A stretch of DNA of 32,000 nucleotides from Methanothermus fervidus DSM 2088 (GTDB lineage Archaea; Methanobacteriota; Methanobacteria; DSM-2088; Methanothermaceae), in contig CP002278.1 of assembly GCA_000166095.1 (NCBI GenBank), forward strand, positions 120,001 through 152,000, read 5' to 3'. The position numbers and the translations under genes are program-made. The notes beneath the pieces were generated by a model. That model was not told the origin of the DNA. It did not search any database and worked only from the letters and a program-made list of their open reading frames with translations. Numbering within the stretch: the stretch's first letter is position 1; each line of letters starts with the position of its first letter. Below, piece after piece: positions 26,473 through 32,000 of the stretch.

Positions 26473-29151
26473 ATGGAATTAGAAAAACTAGGTTATAAAA
26501 GGTTTAAATGCAAAAGTTGTGGCAATTACTTTTGGTCATTAGAATATCGTGAAACATGTGGTGACGCTCCTTGTGATGAATATAGGTTTATAGATAACCC
26601 TCCAACAAAAAAAAATTATGATTTATATGAATTAGAGAAATTATTTTTAAAATTTTTCGAAAAAAAAGGACATAAAATTATACCTCGTTATCCAGTAGTA
26701 GCTAAACGGTGGAGAGATGACGTTTTTCTTGTTGGGGCTTCTATTTATAACTTTCAGCCATGGGTAACGTCAGGAATTGTAGACCCACCAGCAAATCCAT
26801 TAGTTGTTTCACAACCATCTATACGTTTAAATGATATAGATAATGTAGGTAGAACTGGAAGGCATTTCACATGTTTTACTATGGGAGGTCATCATGCATT
26901 TAATAAAGAAGATAAGATTATATATTGGAAAAATGAAACAATAAAATATTGTTATGAGTTTTTACAGACTCTTGGTATTTCTCCTAAGAAGATAACCTTT
27001 ATTGAATCATGGTGGGAAGGAGGAGGAAATGCTGGCCCTTGTTATGAGGTATGTGTAGATGGTGTAGAATTAGCAACTCTAGTTTTTATTCAGTTTAAAA
27101 CAAATGGTAAATTGGAAGATATTCCTTTAAAGATAGTAGACACAGGTTATGGATTAGAAAGATTTGCATGGGTATCTCAAGGAACTCCAACTGCCTATGA
27201 TGCGGTTTTTCCACAATTTATAGATAAATTAAAAGATATAACTGGTGTAAGCGTTGATAAAAGATTATTAAAAGAAAATGCAAGAATAGCAGGATTAATG
27301 GACATAGAAACGGAATCAGATTTAATGAAATTAAGAAAAAAGGTTGCTAATAAACTTAATATCTCCGTTGACAAGTTAAATAATATAATTGGTCCAATGG
27401 AAAATATATATGCCATTGCTGATCATACCCGTTGCCTAACTTTTATGTTGAGTGATGGTGTTATTCCTTCCAATATGGGAGAAGGTTACCTAGCTCGTTT
27501 GGTTTTAAGGCGAATTATAAGGCTGATGGATGAACTAAACTTAAATATGCCTCTTAAAAAAATCATGGAAATACAAATAGACATTTTATCTAAACATTAT
27601 CCTGAAATAGAAAAACATTATGACCATATTCTCAATGTAGTTGAATTAGAGGAAAAAAGATATTCAAAAACTATCTCAAAAGGAAAAAAGACTGTCAAAA
27701 GAATTATAAATGATTTAAAACGGAAAAATAAAAATAAAATTCCTTTAAAAACTTTAATTAAACTTTATGATTCAAAGGGCGTACCACCAGAACTTGTTAG
27801 AGAAATTTGCAAAAAAGAAGGAATATCTGTAGAGTTGCCTGATAATTTCTATACACTTGTTGCTGAGCAACATGAAGGTAAAAAAACCAAAGAGAAAGGT
27901 GAAAAGATAGATTTAGACCTTCCTGAAACAAAACTTCTTTTTTATGAAAAACCTAAAGAAAAAAGATTTAATGCAAAGATCATTGGCAGTTATAAAAATT
28001 CTGTTATATTGGATAAAACTTTATTTTATCCTGAAGGAGGAGGACAGCCAAGTGATAGAGGCTATTTAGTGGTCAATGGAAAGAAATTTTATGTAAAGAA
28101 CGTTACAAAAGTTAATAATATTATTTTACATGAATTAGACACAGATAATGTTGAAAATTTAGTTGGAAAAAATGTAGAAGGAATTATTGATTGGGAAAGA
28201 CGTGTAAAATTAACAAGAAACCATACAGCGACACATATATTGTTAGCTTCTGCTAGAAAAATATTAGGCGACCATGTATGGCAGGCTGGAGCTAAAAAAG
28301 GTATAAAAGCTTCTCGTCTTGACATATCCCATTATAAACGCCTAAGTAGGGATGAAATAAAAAAAATTGAAAAATTAGCTAACGAATATGTAAGGAAAAA
28401 TATAAAAGTAAATGTTAAATGGATGGATAGACAGGCTGCAGAAAAGAAATATGGTTTTATATTATATCAGGGTGGGGTTATTCCTGGATCAAAAATAAGA
28501 GTTGTTGAAATTCCAGGAGTTGATGTACAAGCATGTGCAGGCACTCATGTAGAATATACTGGTGACATAGGTTTTATAAAAATTAATAGGACAGAAAGGA
28601 TCCAAGACGGTGTTGAAAGATTAGAATTTTCTGTTGGAGATTCTGCCGTAGATTTTGTACAACATTATGAAGATTTATTATTAAAAAGTGCACAAATCTT
28701 CAGAGTTGAACCACAGATTCTACCTAAAACTTGTAAAAGATTTTTTGAGGAATGGAAACAATTTAAAAATGAAATAGAAAGACTAAAAGAAGAAATCGCA
28801 AAATTAAAAATTAAAACTATAAAATCAAAAATTAAAAAGATCAATGATTTAAAAGTTGTTTGTGAAGAATTAGATGCAAGTATGAAAGAATTAGAAACAA
28901 TTGCATCAGAGTTTATAAAAGATGGAACAGATTTTGTATTATTAGGAAATAAAAACAAAAATCTAGTGATTATGGTATCCAAAAAATCTATAGAAAAAGG
29001 CATTAAAGCCAATGAATTCATGAAAAAGATAACTGAAAAATTTGGAGGAGGCGGAGGCGGAAGAGAAAACATAGCAAGAGGTGCTATAAAAGAAAACATT
29101 AGAAATATACTGGAATTTGTTTATAAAATTATTGAAAAAGAATCAAAATGA
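26473..29151 (+). CDS. alaS: Alanine--tRNA ligase (archaeal type)
   Basis: Archaeal N-terminus MELEKLGYKRFKCKSCGNYFWS...CGDAPCDEY, editing-domain metal motifs HTATHIL and VQACAGTHV, and C-terminal FGGGGGGRENIARG (DHHA1). Start moved from 26425 to ATG 26473. Confidence 0.93.
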   Translation: MELEKLGYKRFKCKSCGNYFWSLEYRETCGDAPCDEYRFIDNPPTKKNYDLYELEKLFLKFFEKKGHKIIPRYPVVAKRWRDDVFLVGASIYNFQPWVTSGIVDPPANPLVVSQPSIRLNDIDNVGRTGRHFTCFTMGGHHAFNKEDKIIYWKNETIKYCYEFLQTLGISPKKITFIESWWEGGGNAGPCYEVCVDGVELATLVFIQFKTNGKLEDIPLKIVDTGYGLERFAWVSQGTPTAYDAVFPQFIDKLKDITGVSVDKRLLKENARIAGLMDIETESDLMKLRKKVANKLNISVDKLNNIIGPMENIYAIADHTRCLTFMLSDGVIPSNMGEGYLARLVLRRIIRLMDELNLNMPLKKIMEIQIDILSKHYPEIEKHYDHILNVVELEEKRYSKTISKGKKTVKRIINDLKRKNKNKIPLKTLIKLYDSKGVPPELVREICKKEGISVELPDNFYTLVAEQHEGKKTKEKGEKIDLDLPETKLLFYEKPKEKRFNAKIIGSYKNSVILDKTLFYPEGGGQPSDRGYLVVNGKKFYVKNVTKVNNIILHELDTDNVENLVGKNVEGIIDWERRVKLTRNHTATHILLASARKILGDHVWQAGAKKGIKASRLDISHYKRLSRDEIKKIEKLANEYVRKNIKVNVKWMDRQAAEKKYGFILYQGGVIPGSKIRVVEIPGVDVQACAGTHVEYTGDIGFIKINRTERIQDGVERLEFSVGDSAVDFVQHYEDLLLKSAQIFRVEPQILPKTCKRFFEEWKQFKNEIERLKEEIAKLKIKTIKSKIKKINDLKVVCEELDASMKELETIASEFIKDGTDFVLLGNKNKNLVIMVSKKSIEKGIKANEFMKKITEKFGGGGGGRENIARGAIKENIRNILEFVYKIIEKESK

Positions 29152-30374
29152 ATAGTGATAAGTTGAAAAGCATATCGGAAATTAATGAAAAAATTGAAAA
29201 AGGAGATGTTCAGGTATTTACAGCTTCTGAAATTAAAAAGATGTCAAAAGTTTCAGTGGAAGATGTAGATGTAGTAACAACTGGTACTTGTGGAATAATG
29301 TCAGGAACTTCTGCAATTTTTCATTTTAAAATTTCCGAGCCAGGTGCTTTTAGAAAAGTAAAAGAAATTTATTTAAATGGTGTTCCAGGGTTTCCAGGCC
29401 CTTGTCCTAATGAGAATCTTGGTTCTGTTGACTTAATTGTTTATGGGACATCTAAAAGCATTTATGATCATAATTATGGTGGAGGATTTTTATTCAAAGA
29501 TATTATCGAAGGAAAAAATATACAGATTGAAGCAAAAACGGTTGAAGGTAGAAAGATAGAAACAGAAATAAACATCGAAGATATGGAAACATCAAAGATG
29601 TTAGGTACAAGAATGGCATTTCAAAACTATTCTGCATTTTTAAATTCTAAAAAAGGAATTAAAAAAACAATATTTAGTGTTACTGGATTGAGAGGTCCTT
29701 TCAAAGAATTATCATTTTCAGGATGTGGTGAATTAAATCCATTGCAAAATGATCCTGAAATGTATGTAATAAATGTTGGCTCTAAGGCACTTTTAAATGG
29801 ATCAGAAGCCATAATATTAGGGTTGGGGACACGAAGTTCTAAGAAACCAAACTTGATGATAATGGCAGAAATGAAAGACATGGAAAGCTACTATATAGGT
29901 GGATTTAAAACCGGCAGTGGTCCAGAGATTTTTAATACTATTGCAATTCCAATTCCCATACTTAACAAAAAAATTCTAAACAACGTATTAATAAAAAATT
30001 CAAAAATACCATTACCAATATTAGATGTCAATGATAGGAGAGAAATAGGAAAAATAACTTACGCTGATGTTTGGAATGGTGTGGATAAAAGACCTAAATA
30101 TAAAAAAGATAAATGTTTAAAGTGTAAAGAATGTAAAATTGAAAAAATCTGTCCTACAGATGCCTTTAAACCTAAAGAAGGTATAGACTTTAAAAAATGT
30201 TTTGGCTGTTCAGTATGTGCACATCATTGTAAGGCCATTGAGATGAAAACTGGTGTTGTTGAATTTAATTCAGCTAAAATACCAGTTACATGTAGACAAT
30301 CTGACATAAAGAGAGCAGAAAAATTGTCTTTAGAACTAAAAAAGAGGATAGAAAATGGAGAATTTTACTTATGA
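29148..30374 (+). CDS. COG1900 / DUF39 (homocysteine-biosynthesis-type sulfur-incorporation domain) fused to a C-terminal 2x[4Fe-4S] ferredoxin domain
   Basis: 408 aa. VDVVTTGTCGIMSGTSAIF and FSGCGELNPLQNDPE resemble the COG1900 core. The C-terminus carries CLKCKECKIEKICP and CFGCSVCAHHC (about 30114-30230). ATGA overlap with alaS and a 20-nt overlap with thiI. Confidence 0.7.
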   Translation: MNSDKLKSISEINEKIEKGDVQVFTASEIKKMSKVSVEDVDVVTTGTCGIMSGTSAIFHFKISEPGAFRKVKEIYLNGVPGFPGPCPNENLGSVDLIVYGTSKSIYDHNYGGGFLFKDIIEGKNIQIEAKTVEGRKIETEINIEDMETSKMLGTRMAFQNYSAFLNSKKGIKKTIFSVTGLRGPFKELSFSGCGELNPLQNDPEMYVINVGSKALLNGSEAIILGLGTRSSKKPNLMIMAEMKDMESYYIGGFKTGSGPEIFNTIAIPIPILNKKILNNVLIKNSKIPLPILDVNDRREIGKITYADVWNGVDKRPKYKKDKCLKCKECKIEKICPTDAFKPKEGIDFKKCFGCSVCAHHCKAIEMKTGVVEFNSAKIPVTCRQSDIKRAEKLSLELKKRIENGEFYL

Positions 30375-31476
30375 TCTTATAATTGCAAGATATGGTGAAA
30401 TTGGTATAAAAAGTCCAAAAGTGCGAAAAAAATTTGAAAATAAATTGGTTCAAAATATCAAATCTTCTTTAAATGCAGATATCTATATTGAAGACGGTAG
30501 AATATTTATTTATCCAAAAAATTTTAAAAAGGCTTTAAAATCTTTAAAAAGAATATTTGGAATCGTATCGTTTTCTCCAGCCATCAAAACATCTGCAGAA
30601 TTCAATGAAATAAAAAATAAATTAGTAGATTATGTACGGAGATTAGGGATAAATAAAAAAATGTCATTTGCAATAAGACCACGTAGGGTAGGTAATCATG
30701 AATTTACTAGTCAGGATCTAGCAGAATTTGCTGGAGATGTAGTAGTTAAAGAAACTGGTGCAAAGGTAGATTTAGACAATCCTGACATTGAAATTTTCAT
30801 TGAAGTGAGACATGAGAACTCATATATATATCATGAAATTGTGGAAGGACCAGGTGGCTTGCCTGTTGGAACCCAAGGTAAAGTAATAGGGTTGTTATCA
30901 GGAGGTATTGATTCTCCTGTGGCTTTATATCTTATGATGAAAAGAGGATGTTCTGTAACTGCATTACATTTTGATATACGACCTTTTACAATAGATGGAA
31001 ATATAAAAAAAGTTAAAAAAATTTCAGAAGTTTTAGAATCATACTCTAGTGGAGAATTCGAATTATTAATTCTAAAATATGGCGATGTCCTTAAAAAAAT
31101 TAAAAAAATTGCAGGAAAATCAACATGTATTGTATGTAGACATTTAATGTATAAAATTGCAGAAAAAATTGCAAAGAAGAAAAATGCACATGCAATTGTA
31201 GATGGAAGTAGTTTAGGCCAGGTTGCATCACAAACATTGCCAAACATACTTACAACACATTATGGAATTGAAATTCCAATTTTAAGTCCACTTATTGGTA
31301 TGGATAAAACTGAAATACGAAAGATAGCTGAAAAAATAGGGACATATGAAATATCTTGTGAAAGTCCCGACATATGTAAAGCAGTCCCTAAACATCCTGT
31401 AACTTACTCTACACCAAAAAAACTAACATCAATATTAGATAGAATGGATGTTGATGAAATCCTTAAAAAATATTAG
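30355..31476 (+). CDS. thiI: tRNA sulfurtransferase ThiI (4-thiouridine synthase), rhodanese-less archaeal form
   Basis: 373 aa. N-terminal ferredoxin-like/THUMP region (LIIARYGEIGIKSPKVRKKFE), PP-loop LLSGGIDSPVA, CxxC (TCIVCRH) and a third Cys (DICKAVPKHP). No C-terminal rhodanese domain. Confidence 0.88.
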   Translation: MENFTYDLIIARYGEIGIKSPKVRKKFENKLVQNIKSSLNADIYIEDGRIFIYPKNFKKALKSLKRIFGIVSFSPAIKTSAEFNEIKNKLVDYVRRLGINKKMSFAIRPRRVGNHEFTSQDLAEFAGDVVVKETGAKVDLDNPDIEIFIEVRHENSYIYHEIVEGPGGLPVGTQGKVIGLLSGGIDSPVALYLMMKRGCSVTALHFDIRPFTIDGNIKKVKKISEVLESYSSGEFELLILKYGDVLKKIKKIAGKSTCIVCRHLMYKIAEKIAKKKNAHAIVDGSSLGQVASQTLPNILTTHYGIEIPILSPLIGMDKTEIRKIAEKIGTYEISCESPDICKAVPKHPVTYSTPKKLTSILDRMDVDEILKKY

Positions 31477-31486
31477 CGGTGATAAA

Positions 31487-31675
31487 ATGAAAGGAGCTAT
31501 TGGTTTAGTGTTTTATTCACATGTTATACCATTTATATTAGGATTAATAGGTATATTATTAATGTGTACAGGAGTTATGGATGATAAGCCGATGTACACT
31601 TCTTTAGGATTAATTATATTTTTTGTGGGTGGATTACTGCCATTTATAATTTTACCAATAATTCTAGGTCTCTAA
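31487..31675 (+). CDS. Small two-TM membrane protein (62 aa), hypothetical
   Basis: MKGAIGLVFYSHVIPFILGLIGILLMCTGV...LGLIIFFVGGLLPFIILPIILGL gives two hydrophobic helices. ATG 31487 was chosen because the longer ORF start at 31448 lies inside thiI. Confidence 0.4.
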   Translation: MKGAIGLVFYSHVIPFILGLIGILLMCTGVMDDKPMYTSLGLIIFFVGGLLPFIILPIILGL

Positions 31676-32000
31676 ATATAAAGCGGAAATTCACCTTTAT
31701 GTAATGCTGTGCCTACTAATATTTTTTTTATTCCGAAATTTTTTATTTTTGGAACATCTTTGAGTGTTATACCTCCTCCTAAAATCAATTTATCCTTTAA
31801 ATCTTTAAATATTTCTATAATATTTTCATTAATACCCTTCTCTGTACCTACTCTACTAATATCTAACAATATTATTTCGGAAGATATACCAAGATCTAAA
31901 AGCTTATCTCTAAAATCAATCAGGGAAATATCTAAATTTTTTGAATATAATTTATCATCCTTAATGTCTACACTAACAACAATTCTACTTGTAGGGAATT
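31672..32000 (-). CDS. HisA/HisF-family (beta/alpha)8-barrel protein, C-terminal part (gene continues beyond the window)
   Basis: The frame is open from 32000 down to the stop at 31672. It reads ...VVSVDIKDDKLY...SEIILLDISRVGTEKGINENIIE...LILGGGITLKDVPKI...KILVGTALHKGEF, matching the HisA/HisF C-terminal half (phosphate-binding GGG and G(T/S)AL). The ORF-track Met at 31869 is actually an internal TTG. Confidence 0.6.
   Translation of the reverse strand, partial: FPTSRIVVSVDIKDDKLYSKNLDISLIDFRDKLLDLGISSEIILLDISRVGTEKGINENIIEIFKDLKDKLILGGGITLKDVPKIKNFGIKKILVGTALHKGEFPLYI

Noticed and set aside
1-32000. Scan for CRISPR arrays, IS/transposase or integrase genes, tRNA/rRNA genes, toxin-antitoxin pairs and defence-island-like content.
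   Set aside because: I saw no regularly spaced direct repeats, no recombinase-like ORFs, and no intergenic space with tRNA-like GC-rich stems. Apart from 1568-2095 and 3578-3785, all gaps are under 90 bp. The window reads as conserved core genome, so claiming a hidden novel system here would be unsupported.

Overview
AT-rich (about 30% GC by eye), very tightly packed archaeal chromosome segment. The gene content points to a class I methanogen of Methanobacteriales/Methanococcales type: split pyruvate carboxylase PycA, MfnA, CobS plus a CobZ-like phosphatase, aTrm56, ApgM, the archaeal GlmM/GlmU pair, S3Ae, L10e, and the secE-spt5-L11-L1-P0-P1-alaS cluster. I call 37 protein-coding genes, two of them partial at the window edges. 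Many have overlapping stop/start codons (ATGA, TAATG, or 20-29 nt overlaps). I found no rRNA, tRNA, CRISPR array, transposase, integrase or obvious defence genes by eye. All functional calls come from motif and family recognition in the supplied translations, because no searches could be run. This looks like ordinary core housekeeping sequence, and I do not see a convincing new multi-gene system. The leads I would follow are: (1) a DUF92 membrane-protein gene whose conserved C-terminus lies in the -1 frame just past an A-AAA-AAT heptamer at an A6T5 run, which could be an assembly error, a pseudogene or programmed frameshifting; (2) a COG1900/DUF39-ferredoxin gene translationally coupled to a rhodanese-less ThiI directly after alaS, a candidate sulfide-dependent sulfur-delivery module; (3) an 8-Cys double zinc-ribbon fused in frame to the N-terminus of PyrE; (4) a membrane-anchored M14/AstE-like zinc-hydrolase homolog co-transcribed with an ACT-domain protein; (5) a 0.5 kb non-coding region upstream of pycA with a palindromic TATA pair, a long relatively GC-enriched leader and a 14-codon uORF; (6) exact nucleotide repeats inside and between the P0 and P1 stalk genes that suggest gene conversion.
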